Assembly (NCBI GenBank): GCA_036555065.1
Contig: DATBLZ010000161.1
Span: 10,531-74,530 of the forward strand
Direction: 5' to 3'
Length of the DNA stretch: 64,000 nucleotides
From: Gammaproteobacteria bacterium
Lineage (GTDB): Bacteria > Pseudomonadota > Gammaproteobacteria > Steroidobacterales > Rariloculaceae
The notes beneath the pieces are model-generated. The model was not told the DNA's origin. It made no database searches and saw nothing but the letters and a program-made list of their open reading frames with translations. Below are positions 9,819 through 19,966 of the stretch, in pieces. Every line of letters begins with the position of its first letter. The stretch's first letter is position 1. A program made the translations under genes and the position numbers.

Positions 9819-10919
9819 TTAAGCGACCGCCAAGGAGTCGATCCGCAAAATATCGATGAGATTCCCGCCCAAGATCGCCGCCTTCTCGGCGTCCGTCAAG
9901 AAGTTCGCTTCGGCAATGAGATCGATCGTGTCGGGCCAGAAGAACGGGATGTCCGAGCCGTAGACGACCTGGCTCGCGGCGGTTTCCGCGACGAGGTGGC
10001 GGAGGCCTTCGGCCGAGAAAACCATCGAGTCGACGAAGATCTGATCCTTGAAGTAGGCGCTCGGCGGCTTCCGATTCGCACAGTTCGCGTTTTCTCTGAC
10101 ACTGCAAGCGACTTCCGTGCGCCCCAGGTAGGACGGCAGATAACCTCCGCCATGCGCGGCAACGAGCTTCAGACGCGAAAAGCGGTCGAGCGTTCCGTCG
10201 AAGATCATGTGCGCGAGAAACAGTGTCGTCTCGAGCGGATTGCCGATGATGTTCCCGAGGTCGCCGCGACCGGCAAAGCCGTTGTCGCGAACCACGTTGA
10301 GCGCGTTGTTCGGATGCATGAAAACCGGCACGTCGAGCTCCTGAGCCTTGGCCCAGAAGACGTCGAACTGCTCTGCGGTCGGCGGCTCGTTGGCGACGTG
10401 CCCGCCGATCGAGGCCCCTCGGTGCCCGAGCTCCCGTACGGCGAATTCGAGTTGTTGCGCGGCGAGCTCCGGAAACTGGAGCGCGACCGAGCTCAATGCC
10501 ACGAAGCGGTCCGCATGGGCCTCGCACCAGTCGGCGAGTCGTTGATCGTGGACGCCGACGATGCGTTCCGCGAGCTCGCGCTCGGCTGCATACCACCAAT
10601 ACGTGTTGACGCTGAGCGCTTGGACCTCGATGCCGCGCTCGTCCATGACGCGCAAACGATCCGGGCCGAGCGTCCAGACCGACGGAAACGTGCGCCCCGC
10701 GAGCGGGGTGCCGGCAAGCAGATCGGCGACCTCGGGAAACACGCAGTGCGCATGAACGTCGACGACGGGCACCGACCGACCGCCGATCGCGACGCGCTTG
10801 CGCGCGTTCTGCGCAAGCGCGGCTGGCGCTACCGAGCCCCAGAAGGCCGCGGCTGCAACAGCCCGACAGAAATTCCGTCGCCCGCGCAGCGGCCCGCTAT
10901 CCGCCGTTGTTCTGCTCAT
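9819..10919 (-). CDS. Amidohydrolase-2 family metal hydrolase with a Tat-like signal
   Basis: VPVVDVHAHCVFPEV is the HxH metal motif. The start is trimmed to the ATG at 10919, giving MSRTTADSGPLRGRRNFCRAVAAAAF... (a twin-arginine-like leader). Confidence 0.75.
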   Translation of the reverse strand: MSRTTADSGPLRGRRNFCRAVAAAAFWGSVAPAALAQNARKRVAIGGRSVPVVDVHAHCVFPEVADLLAGTPLAGRTFPSVWTLGPDRLRVMDERGIEVQALSVNTYWWYAAERELAERIVGVHDQRLADWCEAHADRFVALSSVALQFPELAAQQLEFAVRELGHRGASIGGHVANEPPTAEQFDVFWAKAQELDVPVFMHPNNALNVVRDNGFAGRGDLGNIIGNPLETTLFLAHMIFDGTLDRFSRLKLVAAHGGGYLPSYLGRTEVACSVRENANCANRKPPSAYFKDQIFVDSMVFSAEGLRHLVAETAASQVVYGSDIPFFWPDTIDLIAEANFLTDAEKAAILGGNLIDILRIDSLAVA

Positions 10920-11160
10920 AGTATGACGGTGGCGCCTCGAGACACTGAGTGGCCGCGCCGCCCTCAGCCGATGTCGCATCGGGGATCAACAAGGAATCGG
11001 ACTCGTCGGGCACGGTCAGATCGTCCGGAACGCGCAGCGGAGGAACCGAAACACTCGACGCGTATCGAGATACGTCCTCGCAGCGGAGCCCCCCATCGTG
11101 CGAGCAACCGGCAAGCAGGCTCGCAGCTGCAAGGACGAAGATGAGGACGAATCGCGTCAT
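10897..11160 (-). CDS. Small lipoprotein in the BamC (NlpB) position downstream of dapA
   Basis: 87 aa. MTRFVLIFVLAAASLLAGC carries a lipobox. It lies 5 nt downstream of dapA, as bamC does in enterics, but it is far shorter than BamC. Confidence 0.55.
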   Translation of the reverse strand: MTRFVLIFVLAAASLLAGCSHDGGLRCEDVSRYASSVSVPPLRVPDDLTVPDESDSLLIPDATSAEGGAATQCLEAPPSYYEQNNGG

Positions 11161-11165
11161 GTCCT

Positions 11166-12056
11166 TCAAGCTCGACGCTTCGGCTCGACGCCGCCGGCGT
11201 GCATGGCCGCGAGCACGTCGCGGTGGTATCGAGCGGCAAGCGCCGTCAGCGGCAGGCGAATGCCCGGCCCGATGAGGCCCATCTGCGCGACCGCCCATTT
11301 CACGGGAATCGGGTTGCTCTCGAGGAATAGCTTCTGGTGCAGGGGCTGGAGCGTCGCGTCGATTCGCTCGGCCTCGGCGCGGCGTCCGGCACGGGCGGCA
11401 TCGCAAAGCGCGCGCATCGCCTTCGGCGCGATATTCGCCGTGACCGAGATTACGCCGTGGCCGCCGCGCAGCATGAAGGCGCACGCCGTGGCATCGTCGC
11501 CGCTCAACAGGCAGAAGTCCGGGCCGCACCCCTCCTTGAGCACGTCCACGCGCGCAAGATCCCCCGTAGCCTCCTTGATCGAGCGAATATTCGGGTGCGA
11601 GGCAAGGCGAATGACCGTCTCGGGCTTCAAGTCAACGCCCGTGCGGGCCGGCACGTTGTAGAGGATGATCGGCCGGTGGACGGCGTCGGCGATCGTCCGG
11701 AAGTGCTGGTACATGCCTTCCTGCGTCGGCTTGTTGTAGTAAGGCGTGACGAGCAGGAACGCGTCTACCGCGAGTTGATCCGCCTCCTGCGAAAGGCGCA
11801 ACGTCTGCGCGGTCGAGTTCGAGCCCGTGCCGGCGATGATTGGAATCCTGCGCTGAGCGAGCTGGCACGCCACCGTGAGCAGCTCGAGGTGCTCATCGTG
11901 GTCGAGTGTCGCAGACTCCCCTGTCGTTCCGGCGATGATCAGCGCCTCGGTCCCGGCGGCAACGTGAAAGTCGATGAGCCGGCCTAAGTCGGCATAGTTG
12001 ACCGAGCCATCGGCATCCATCGGCGTTACGAGCGCCACCATGCTCCCGGCCAACAT
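11166..12056 (-). CDS. dapA: 4-hydroxy-tetrahydrodipicolinate synthase
   Basis: From the ATG at 12056: MLAGSMVALVTPMDADGSVNYADLGRLIDFHVAAGTEALIIAGTTGESATL..., a canonical DapA. Confidence 0.93.
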   Translation of the reverse strand: MLAGSMVALVTPMDADGSVNYADLGRLIDFHVAAGTEALIIAGTTGESATLDHDEHLELLTVACQLAQRRIPIIAGTGSNSTAQTLRLSQEADQLAVDAFLLVTPYYNKPTQEGMYQHFRTIADAVHRPIILYNVPARTGVDLKPETVIRLASHPNIRSIKEATGDLARVDVLKEGCGPDFCLLSGDDATACAFMLRGGHGVISVTANIAPKAMRALCDAARAGRRAEAERIDATLQPLHQKLFLESNPIPVKWAVAQMGLIGPGIRLPLTALAARYHRDVLAAMHAGGVEPKRRA

Positions 12057-12188
12057 CGAGTGATTCCCTTCCGGCAAAAAGGGCACGATAGTACTGGCCG
12101 TCCCAAGGCTCTGCAACCCGCGGCATTGCGCCTCGGTCGCTTCGCGGTACACTGGCTGGATTCAGCGAGTCCGTGGCGTTACCCCTGC

Positions 12189-12722
12189 ATGGAACAACTT
12201 CTAGTCGTCTCGGCCGTCGGCGCCAACTCGACAACCGTCGTGAACGAGCTGGCCCGCGTGATTCTCGATTGCGGCGGCAACATTAAGGAAAGCCGCATGG
12301 CGGCGCTCGGGGCTGAGTTCGGGATGTTGCTGCTCGTTTCCGGCAATTGGCACACGATCAGCCGGCTCGAGCGCGAGCTCGACAAGTATGGCCAGGGCAA
12401 CGGCATCACGATGCAGCTGCGGCGCACTGAAGCCAAACGCTTGGGCAAGGAGCTGCTGCCCTATGCCGTCGACGTCGTGGGCCTCGATCAACCAGGCATG
12501 GTGCACAGCCTCAGCGGGTTCTTCACGCAGCGCAAGGTCGAAATCGCCGAGGTGTCGACGCGCAGCTACATGGCCACGCACACGGGAGCGCCGATGTTCT
12601 CCGTGAACATGTTCATCAACGTACCGAGCGCGGTGCACATTGCGGGCTTGCGCGAGGAGTTCATGGACTTCTGTGACCAGCTCAACGTCGACGCGATCAT
12701 GGAGCCGGTCAAACAGGCTTGA
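12189..12722 (+). CDS. gcvR: Glycine cleavage system transcriptional repressor GcvR-like (tandem ACT domains)
   Basis: From the ATG at 12189: MEQLLVVSAVGANSTTVVNELARVILDCGGNIKESRMAALGAEFGMLLLVSG... It is divergent from dapA and upstream of bcp, as in E. coli. Confidence 0.8.
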   Translation: MEQLLVVSAVGANSTTVVNELARVILDCGGNIKESRMAALGAEFGMLLLVSGNWHTISRLERELDKYGQGNGITMQLRRTEAKRLGKELLPYAVDVVGLDQPGMVHSLSGFFTQRKVEIAEVSTRSYMATHTGAPMFSVNMFINVPSAVHIAGLREEFMDFCDQLNVDAIMEPVKQA

Positions 12723-12736
12723 GCGAAGGAGCGCAG

Positions 12737-13210
12737 GTGGCCAAGGTAGCAGTCGGCAAGAGAGTCCCGGCGTTCAGCGCGCCCGCGACGGGCGGAACCG
12801 TTGCGAGCAAGGAGCTCGTCGGCAAGCCGTTCGTGCTCTACTTCTATCCGCGTGACGATACTCCCGGCTGCACGCTCGAGGGCGAGGCGTTTCGCGATCA
12901 CTACGCGAAATTTCGCAAGCTCGGCGTCCGCGTGCTCGGTGTTTCGCGCGACGGCTTGACCGCGCACGAGAAGTTCAAGGCGAAGTTCGCATTCCCGTTC
13001 GAGCTCATTGCCGACACCGATGCGAAGCTGTGCGGACTTTTTGACGTCATCCGCGACAAGAACATGTACGGCAAGAAAGTGCGCGGCATCGAGCGCAGCA
13101 CCTTCTTGTACGACGCCGATGGAACGCTGCGCAACGAATGGCGCAAAGTCACTGTCAAAGGGCATGTGGACGACGTCTTGCGCGCGGCAATGGCCCTCGA
13201 GGAGACATGA
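12737..13210 (+). CDS. bcp: Thiol peroxidase Bcp (peroxiredoxin Q)
   Basis: FVLYFYPRDDTPGCTLEG is the active-site block. The track start is a TTG at 12719. I prefer the in-frame GTG at 12737, which is preceded by GAAGGAG. Confidence 0.88.
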   Translation: MAKVAVGKRVPAFSAPATGGTVASKELVGKPFVLYFYPRDDTPGCTLEGEAFRDHYAKFRKLGVRVLGVSRDGLTAHEKFKAKFAFPFELIADTDAKLCGLFDVIRDKNMYGKKVRGIERSTFLYDADGTLRNEWRKVTVKGHVDDVLRAAMALEET

Positions 13211-14658
13211 GAAAACGGCTCGCCTTTGCAGCATTGACCGGCTTGCTGTGGCTTGCCCAATGCCTTGCCCAGACCTCTGAGCTTCCCGATTTCGGCTCGC
13301 CTGCCGATACGGTCTTGAGCAAGAGTCGCGAGCAGCAGCTCGGCCGCAGCGTGATGCTGCAGCTGCGCAACGCCGGCGTGATCATCGAGGATCCGTTGCT
13401 GTCCGAGTACGTCCGCGTCATCGGGTCGCAGCTCGCGAGCCAGGTCAACGACGGCGATTTCAAGTTCGAATTCTTCGTCGTCGACGACAACAGGATCAAC
13501 GCGTTCGCGCTGCCCGGTGGTTTCGTAGGCATCAATTCGGGCCTCATCATGGCGAGCGACAACGAAAACGAGCTCGCCGGCGTCTTGGCCCATGAGATCT
13601 CGCACGTCACGCAGCGCCATATCGCGCGATCGATCTACGAGAACCAACGCATGAGCCTCGTGTCGACGGCCGCGATGCTCGCAGCCGTATTGCTCGGTGC
13701 CGCTGCAGATCTCGGCGCCAACGCGACCACGGGGCTCCTGACTGCGGCGCAGGCCGGCGGCATGCAGCAGCAAATCAACTTCACGCGCGCGCACGAAGCC
13801 GAGGCGGACCGCGTCGGCATGGATGTGCTCGCCGCAGCCGGCTTCGATCCGAACGGCATGGCGACGTTCTTCGAAAAACTGTCGCGCGGCGGCAGCCTGT
13901 CGAGCGAGGCGTTACCGGAGATGCTCCAGACCCACCCCGTGAGCGCGGGACGCATCGCCGAAGCGCGCGCGCGAGCGCGCCAACTACCGCGCGTCAGTCA
14001 CGAGGACACTCCCCAATACGGGCTTGCCAAAGCGCGCCTCCAAGTATTGACGGCGCCGACGCCGGAACGCGCTTTGCAGCTCTTCGAGATCAGGGGGCCA
14101 AGCACGAAGCTCGGGGACCGCTACGGCCTGGCTCTCGCGCTCGCTGGCATGTCTCGAGGCGACGAGGCCGAGCGCATATTCCGCGACCTCGTCGCCGAAA
14201 ACCCCCACATCATGGCGTTTCGCATCGGCCAGGCCGAAGCGCTCATGAGTAGCGGGCTCACCGAGCAGGCGCTCGCCGTCTATGCCGAGGCTCTCGAGGT
14301 GTCGCCGCGGCACGTCGCCTTGGTATTGAGCTATGCGGATGCTTTGATCGCCGGTGGACAACCCGCACGCGCCCACGAAGTGCTGCTCGACCTCTTGAAC
14401 AACGTGCCCGCGACACCGACGCAGATCGCGCTGCTTGCGCGAGCGGCCAACGCCGAGGGTGACGTCGTCAGCGCTTACCATTACATGTCCGAGTATTACG
14501 CTTCGATCGGCGATCTGCGGCTCGCGATGAGCCAACTGCAGCTCGCGCTCGAGTCGCCGGATGCGACAGCGATCGAGCGGGCCCGTTTCGAGGCCCGAAT
14601 GAAAGAGTTTGCCGAATACCTCCCCGAAGACGAGCGAGATCGCGCCGCCAGGAACTGA
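13207..14658 (+). CDS. bepA: Beta-barrel assembly-enhancing protease BepA (M48 peptidase plus TPR)
   Basis: From the ATG at 13207 (ATGA overlap with the bcp stop): signal peptide, the zinc motif HEISHVTQRH, and a C-terminal TPR region. Confidence 0.88.
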   Translation: MRKRLAFAALTGLLWLAQCLAQTSELPDFGSPADTVLSKSREQQLGRSVMLQLRNAGVIIEDPLLSEYVRVIGSQLASQVNDGDFKFEFFVVDDNRINAFALPGGFVGINSGLIMASDNENELAGVLAHEISHVTQRHIARSIYENQRMSLVSTAAMLAAVLLGAAADLGANATTGLLTAAQAGGMQQQINFTRAHEAEADRVGMDVLAAAGFDPNGMATFFEKLSRGGSLSSEALPEMLQTHPVSAGRIAEARARARQLPRVSHEDTPQYGLAKARLQVLTAPTPERALQLFEIRGPSTKLGDRYGLALALAGMSRGDEAERIFRDLVAENPHIMAFRIGQAEALMSSGLTEQALAVYAEALEVSPRHVALVLSYADALIAGGQPARAHEVLLDLLNNVPATPTQIALLARAANAEGDVVSAYHYMSEYYASIGDLRLAMSQLQLALESPDATAIERARFEARMKEFAEYLPEDERDRAARN

Positions 14659-14682
14659 GCCGTCTGCTTGCGGCCGGGCTAA

Positions 14683-14703
14683 ATAGGACTAAAATGGTCC
14701 TAT
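14683..14703. promoter_or_regulatory. Perfect 7-bp inverted repeat ATAGGAC-N7-GTCCTAT upstream of the Rrf2/suf operon (candidate operator)
   Basis: The sequence reads aaATAGGACtaaaatgGTCCTATatt, about 20 nt upstream of the regulator's ATG. The right arm runs into a TATATT -10-like hexamer. Confidence 0.5.
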
Positions 14704-14723
14704 ATTGCCGGCGAGGGCCGACT

Positions 14724-15176
14724 ATGTTGCGCATGAGCAAGCTCACGGACTATGGGACGCTGGTGCTGTCGCAGCTCGCCGCGCAGCGCGGCGGTGTTGC
14801 CTCGGCCGGACAAGTCGCGGACGCCACGCACTTGGGCCCGGCGACGGTCAGCAAGGTATTGAAATCCCTCGCGCACGCGGGTCTCGTCGTGTCGGCGCGC
14901 GGCGTCCAGGGCGGTTACGCTCTCGCGCGCCCGGCCGAGGAGATCACGGCCGCCGAGATCATCGACGCGCTCGAAGGACCCGTCGCCATCACGGAATGCA
15001 GCTCCAAGAACAGCTGCTGCGATCTCGAGGAGTTCTGCCGCGTCGGCCGTGCCTGGCAAAAGATCAACTGGAGCATCCGCAAGGCCCTCGAAAACGTGAG
15101 CCTTGCGGACTTGCAGACCGACGGTCGCCCGTTACCGCCGCCCGATCTCAGAGCCGGCCTCGCCGGCGCTCGTTGA
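14724..15176 (+). CDS. Rrf2 family (IscR/SufR-like) Fe-S-binding transcriptional regulator
   Basis: [19 protein letters not shown]... is a winged-helix N-terminus. The Cys cluster [15 protein letters not shown] follows. It is the first gene of the suf operon. Confidence 0.85.
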   Translation: MLRMSKLTDYGTLVLSQLAAQRGGVASAGQVADATHLGPATVSKVLKSLAHAGLVVSARGVQGGYALARPAEEITAAEIIDALEGPVAITECSSKNSCCDLEEFCRVGRAWQKINWSIRKALENVSLADLQTDGRPLPPPDLRAGLAGAR

Positions 15177-15178
15177 TC

Positions 15179-16627
15179 ATGGCTACCGATCAAGACCAGC
15201 TCTCGAGCCTCGTTGCCAAGAAGTATCGGCACGGCTTCGTCACCGACATCGAGCAGGAGACGGTGCCGCCGGGCCTCAATGAGGACGTGATTCGGCTGAT
15301 CTCCGCAAAGAAAGGCGAGCCCGAGTTCCTCACTCAGTGGCGGCTGAAGGCGTTCGCGCACTGGCAGACCATGAAGGAGCCGACATGGGCGCACGTACGG
15401 TACGCGCCCATCGATTACCAGGCGATCTCGTACTACGCCGCTCCGAAGCAGCCGAACGACGCGCCGAAAAGCCTCGCCGAGGTCGACCCGAAGCTCCTCG
15501 AAACCTATGACAAGCTCGGCATACCGCTCCACGAACGCGCGAAGCTTGCAGGCGTCGCCGTGGATGCCGTATTCGACAGCGTGTCGGTCGCGACGACTTT
15601 CAAGGAAAAGCTCGCCGAGGCCGGCGTCGTGTTCTGCTCGTTCTCGGAGGCCGTCCGCACGCATCCCGACCTCGTGCAGAAGTACTTGGGAACCGTCGTG
15701 CCCTATCGCGACAACTTCTTCGCCACGCTGAACTCGGCCGTGTTCAGCGACGGCTCATTCGTCTATGTCCCGAAAGGCGTGCGCTGCCCGATGGAGCTAT
15801 CGACCTACTTCCGAATCAATGCCGCGAAAACCGGTCAGTTCGAGCGCACGCTGATCATCGCCGACGAAGGCGCGTACGTGAGCTATTTAGAAGGTTGTAC
15901 TGCTCCAATGCGCGACGAACATCAGCTCCACGCGGCCGTCGTCGAGCTCGTCGCGCTCGACAACGCACAGATCAAGTATTCGACGGTACAGAACTGGTAC
16001 CCGGGCGACGAGAACGGTGTCGGCGGTATCTACAACTTCGTGACCAAGCGCGGGGACTGCCGCGGCGCCAACTCGAAGATCTCCTGGACACAGGTCGAGA
16101 CGGGCTCGGCGATCACATGGAAGTATCCGAGCTGCATCCTGCGCGGGGAGAACTCGGTCGGCGAGTTCTACTCCGTCGCAGTGACGAACAACTACCAGCA
16201 GGCGGATACGGGCACGAAGATGATCCACATCGGCCGCAACACGCGCAGCACCGTGATCTCGAAAGGCATCTCTGCCGGTCATGGGCAGGCGGCGTATCGC
16301 GGCCTCGTGCGCGTGATGCCCACTGCGCGCGGCGCGCGCAACTACACGCAGTGCGATTCGCTGCTGCTCGGCAACCAGTGCGGGGCACATACGTTCCCGT
16401 ATATCGAATCGCGCGAGCGCACCGCGCGCATCGAGCACGAGGCGACGACCTCCAAGATCAGCGAAGAGCAGCTCTTCTATTGCCGGCAGCGCGGACTGTC
16501 CGAGGAAGACGCCGTCAACATGATCGTGAACGGTTTTTGCCGCGAGGTTTTCAAGGAGTTGCCGATGGAGTTCGCCGTCGAGGCGCAAAACTTGCTGAAC
16601 GTGAGCCTCGAAGGCGCAATCGGCTGA
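15179..16627 (+). CDS. sufB: Fe-S cluster assembly scaffold SufB
   Basis: From the ATG at 15179: [27 protein letters not shown]... through ...[20 protein letters not shown]. The N-terminal extension in the track overlaps the regulator. Confidence 0.95.
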   Translation: MATDQDQLSSLVAKKYRHGFVTDIEQETVPPGLNEDVIRLISAKKGEPEFLTQWRLKAFAHWQTMKEPTWAHVRYAPIDYQAISYYAAPKQPNDAPKSLAEVDPKLLETYDKLGIPLHERAKLAGVAVDAVFDSVSVATTFKEKLAEAGVVFCSFSEAVRTHPDLVQKYLGTVVPYRDNFFATLNSAVFSDGSFVYVPKGVRCPMELSTYFRINAAKTGQFERTLIIADEGAYVSYLEGCTAPMRDEHQLHAAVVELVALDNAQIKYSTVQNWYPGDENGVGGIYNFVTKRGDCRGANSKISWTQVETGSAITWKYPSCILRGENSVGEFYSVAVTNNYQQADTGTKMIHIGRNTRSTVISKGISAGHGQAAYRGLVRVMPTARGARNYTQCDSLLLGNQCGAHTFPYIESRERTARIEHEATTSKISEEQLFYCRQRGLSEEDAVNMIVNGFCREVFKELPMEFAVEAQNLLNVSLEGAIG

Positions 16628-16644
16628 AGGTTAGAGACGTAAGA

Positions 16645-17400
16645 ATGCTCAAGATCCACGATCTCCACGTTACCGTCGGCGGCAAAGCTATCTTGCAGGG
16701 CCTCTCCCTCGACGTCCCGGCCGGCGAGGTCCACGCGCTCATGGGACCGAACGGCTCCGGCAAGAGCACGTTGGCTCAAGTGCTCGCGGGCCGCGAAGAC
16801 TACGAGGTCACGGCTGGGACCATCGAATACCTCGGCCGGGATCTGCTTGCGCTCAAGCCCGAGGAACGCGCGCGCGCGGGCGTATTTCTCGGCTTTCAAT
16901 ACCCGATCGAGATCCCCGGCGTGAACAATGCCTATCTGCTCAAGGCCGCGCTGAATGCGCAGCGGCGCGCGAACGGCCAAGAGCCCGTCGATGCATTCGA
17001 GTTCATGCGCCTCATCCGGGCCAAGATGGATCTCATGCAGATCTCCAAGGAGTTCCTCAATCGCAGCGTCAACGTCGGGTTCTCCGGCGGCGAGAAAAAG
17101 CGCAACGAGATCCTGCAGATGCTCATGCTCGAGCCGCGCCTCGCCGTGCTCGACGAGACCGATTCGGGCCTCGATGTCGACGCCCTCAAGATCGTCGCCG
17201 CCGGCATCAACAGCCGCCGGGGCCCGGAGCGCTCGACGCTCTTGGTCACGCACTACGAGCGCTTGCTCGAGCTCGTCGTTCCCGACCGCGTGCACGTTCT
17301 CGTCGGCGGCCGGATCGCAAAATCCGGCGACGCACAGCTCGCGCAGGAGCTCGATGCGCGCGGCTACGACTGGGTTCAAAACGAGGCGGTGCGCACTTGA
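16645..17400 (+). CDS. sufC: Fe-S cluster assembly ATPase SufC
   Basis: MLKIHDLHVTVGGKAILQGLSLDVPAGEVHALMGPNGSGKSTLAQVLAGREDYEV..., with Walker A and ABC signature motifs. Confidence 0.95.
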   Translation: MLKIHDLHVTVGGKAILQGLSLDVPAGEVHALMGPNGSGKSTLAQVLAGREDYEVTAGTIEYLGRDLLALKPEERARAGVFLGFQYPIEIPGVNNAYLLKAALNAQRRANGQEPVDAFEFMRLIRAKMDLMQISKEFLNRSVNVGFSGGEKKRNEILQMLMLEPRLAVLDETDSGLDVDALKIVAAGINSRRGPERSTLLVTHYERLLELVVPDRVHVLVGGRIAKSGDAQLAQELDARGYDWVQNEAVRT

Positions 17401-18716
17401 GCACGACCTCCCTCCAAGCGCATCTCGAGACGCAGCAGCGGATGCTACCTGCCGAGGCAGCATCGCAGTCGTGGCGCCGCGACGCGTTGGCGAGCTTTGC
17501 CGCCCGCGGCTTTCCGACGCGGCGCGAGGAGCGCTGGCACTACACGGATCTCAGGCCGCTCGAGAACGGGCAGTTCCCGCTCGTGCCCCGCGCACCGAGC
17601 GCGGATACGCGCGCCGTGGCACGGGCGTTGCTCGAGAAGCAAGGCATCGACCTCGCGGGAGAACGCCTCGTGTTCGTCGACGGCCACCTCGACGCGACGC
17701 TCTCGCGCTTCGGCGCCGTGCGGGGTCTCGAGATTTCGACACCGAGCGCCGCCTGGGATTCGTTCTCGCCCGAGCGCGCCACGGCAGCGATCCCGGCGCG
17801 TGTCTACCCGCTTGCGTTGCTGAACACGGCGTTCCTGCAGCAAGGTGCGTTCGTCAAAGTCGGCCCGGCCAACGATCCACGGACACCGCTGCAATTCGTT
17901 TTTCTAGCCGTCGGCGACGAGCGCTCGGCGCCCCAGCCGCGCATCATCGTCGAGCTCGCCGAAGGCGCGCAGGCAACGATCGTGCAGCACTTTCTCGACG
18001 CCCCCGGAGCGGCAACGGGCTGGCTCAACCTCGTGACCGAAATCGTGCAGGCGGCCGCTTCGACGCTCACGCTCTATCGAATTCAAGAGCACGGCCCCGC
18101 GCATCTGCACACGTCGTTGTTGAACGTACGGCTCGGGCGCGATGCAGCGTTGACGGCCGGCTACATCGAGCGCGGCGGTCGCCTGGTACGCAATGACATC
18201 GACGTCATGCTCGTAGAAGCCGGCGCACGCGCGGACCTCTTCGGCCTCACGCTTGGTAGCGGCGAGCAACACGTCGACAACCACATCTGTGTCGAGCACG
18301 CCGCAGCCCGAACCGCGAGCACTGCGGCTTTTCGCGCGATCGCCGATGACAGCGCGCGTTGCGTCTTCTGTGCAAAGGTCATCGTGCAGCCCGGTGCACA
18401 AAAAGTCGACGCGCGCCAGGCCAGCGACGGTCTCTTGCTGTCGCCACGCGCCGAAATCGATTCGAAGCCCGAGCTCGAGATTTATGCCGACGATATCAAA
18501 TGCGCACACGGCGCGACCGTCGGCGAGCTCGATGAGGGGCAACTGTTCTACCTGCGCGCGCGCGGCATGGACGGCGCTGCGGCGCGCGCGATGCTGACGC
18601 TCGCATTTGCGCAAGTCGCCGTCGACCGCATTGCCCTCGCCCCGGTCCGCGCCCGCGCGATTGCGGAGCTCGCCGCGCGCCTGCCGGAGGCGCGCGCCGG
18701 AGAAGACACATGGTGA
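17397..18716 (+). CDS. sufD: Fe-S cluster assembly protein SufD
   Basis: 439 aa. The TTG start overlaps the sufC stop (TTGA). The C-terminal block SKPELEIYADDIKCAHGATVGELDEGQLFYLRARG is present. Confidence 0.9.
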   Translation: MSTTSLQAHLETQQRMLPAEAASQSWRRDALASFAARGFPTRREERWHYTDLRPLENGQFPLVPRAPSADTRAVARALLEKQGIDLAGERLVFVDGHLDATLSRFGAVRGLEISTPSAAWDSFSPERATAAIPARVYPLALLNTAFLQQGAFVKVGPANDPRTPLQFVFLAVGDERSAPQPRIIVELAEGAQATIVQHFLDAPGAATGWLNLVTEIVQAAASTLTLYRIQEHGPAHLHTSLLNVRLGRDAALTAGYIERGGRLVRNDIDVMLVEAGARADLFGLTLGSGEQHVDNHICVEHAAARTASTAAFRAIADDSARCVFCAKVIVQPGAQKVDARQASDGLLLSPRAEIDSKPELEIYADDIKCAHGATVGELDEGQLFYLRARGMDGAAARAMLTLAFAQVAVDRIALAPVRARAIAELAARLPEARAGEDTW

Positions 18717-19966
18717 TCGCGGCGCCTCGAACCACCCCGCAAGCGCCCATAACCGACATCACGGCGCTGCGTGCCGATTTTCCCGGCTTGCGGCAACAGA
18801 TCCACGGCTGGCCGCTCGCGTATCTCGACAGCGCGGCATCCTCGCAGGTGCCGCAGGCCGTTCTCGACGCGTTCGTTGCTCAGCAAGCAATGAACCATGC
18901 CAACATCCATCGCGGTGTTCACGAGCTCAGCGAGCGCGCGACGCGCGCTTACGAAAACGCCCGCGTCAAGGTCCAGAAATTCCTGAATGCCGCCGAGCCC
19001 GAGGAGATAATCTTCACGCGCGGCACGACCGAATCGATCAACCTCGTTGCGGCGAGCCTCGGTGGCGCCGTTCTGCGTCCCGGCGACGAGGTGCTCATCA
19101 GTTGGATGGAGCATCACTCGAACATCGTGCCGTGGCAATTGATCTGTGCGCGCACGGGAGCCAGGCTCGTGCCGACACCGATCACGAACAGCGGCGAGCT
19201 CGATGTCGACGCGTTCGATCGCTTGCTCAACGAACGCACGAAAATCGTCGCGCTCGCGCACGTCTCGAACGCGCTCGGCACCGTCAATCCTGTCAAGGAG
19301 CTCGCGGCCAAGGCACATGCCGCCGGGGCGCTCGTGCTCATCGACGGCGCGCAAGCCGTTGCGCACCGGCGCGTCGACGTTCGGGATATCGATTGCGACT
19401 TCTATGCGTTCTCCGGCCACAAGATGTATGCGCCAACGGGCATCGGCGCGCTCTACGCCCGGCGCCGAGTGCTCGAGACGCTTCCACCGTATCAGGGCGG
19501 CGGCGAGATGATCCTGTCTGTCACGTTCGAGGAAACGACCTACAACGCGCTCCCGCACAAGTTCGAGGCTGGGACTCCGAACATCACGGGGGCCGTCGCA
19601 CTCGGCGCGGCGATCGACTATCTCTCGCGCGTCGACTCCGGCGCGATCGCGCGCCACGAAGCGGATCTGCTCTCTTACGCCACCGCGCGTCTCGCGGAGA
19701 TCGAAGGCACGCGCGTGATCGGCACTGCCCGCCATAAGGGCGGCGTCGTATCGTTCGTGCTCGAAGGCATCCACGCGCACGATGTCGGCACGATCCTGAA
19801 CCAACACGGAGTGGCGGTCCGCACTGGGCACCATTGCGCGATGCCCGTCATGCAGCGCTTCAATGTCCCGGCGACCGCGCGCGCGTCGTTCGGCGTCTAC
19901 ACGAATCGAGTCGACATCGATCAGCTCATCCATGGCTTGCACAAGGCGCGGGAGATATTCGCGTGA
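18710..19966 (+). CDS. sufS: Cysteine desulfurase SufS (group II)
   Basis: 418 aa, with FSGHKMYAPTGIGALY (PLP lysine) and RTGHHCAMPV (active-site Cys loop). Confidence 0.95.
   Translation: MVIAAPRTTPQAPITDITALRADFPGLRQQIHGWPLAYLDSAASSQVPQAVLDAFVAQQAMNHANIHRGVHELSERATRAYENARVKVQKFLNAAEPEEIIFTRGTTESINLVAASLGGAVLRPGDEVLISWMEHHSNIVPWQLICARTGARLVPTPITNSGELDVDAFDRLLNERTKIVALAHVSNALGTVNPVKELAAKAHAAGALVLIDGAQAVAHRRVDVRDIDCDFYAFSGHKMYAPTGIGALYARRRVLETLPPYQGGGEMILSVTFEETTYNALPHKFEAGTPNITGAVALGAAIDYLSRVDSGAIARHEADLLSYATARLAEIEGTRVIGTARHKGGVVSFVLEGIHAHDVGTILNQHGVAVRTGHHCAMPVMQRFNVPATARASFGVYTNRVDIDQLIHGLHKAREIFA

Noticed and set aside
10897-11160. Calling the small lipoprotein downstream of dapA a true BamC.
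   Set aside because: Only the position and the lipobox agree. At 87 aa it lacks the two helix-grip domains of BamC, so I kept it as a generic lipoprotein.
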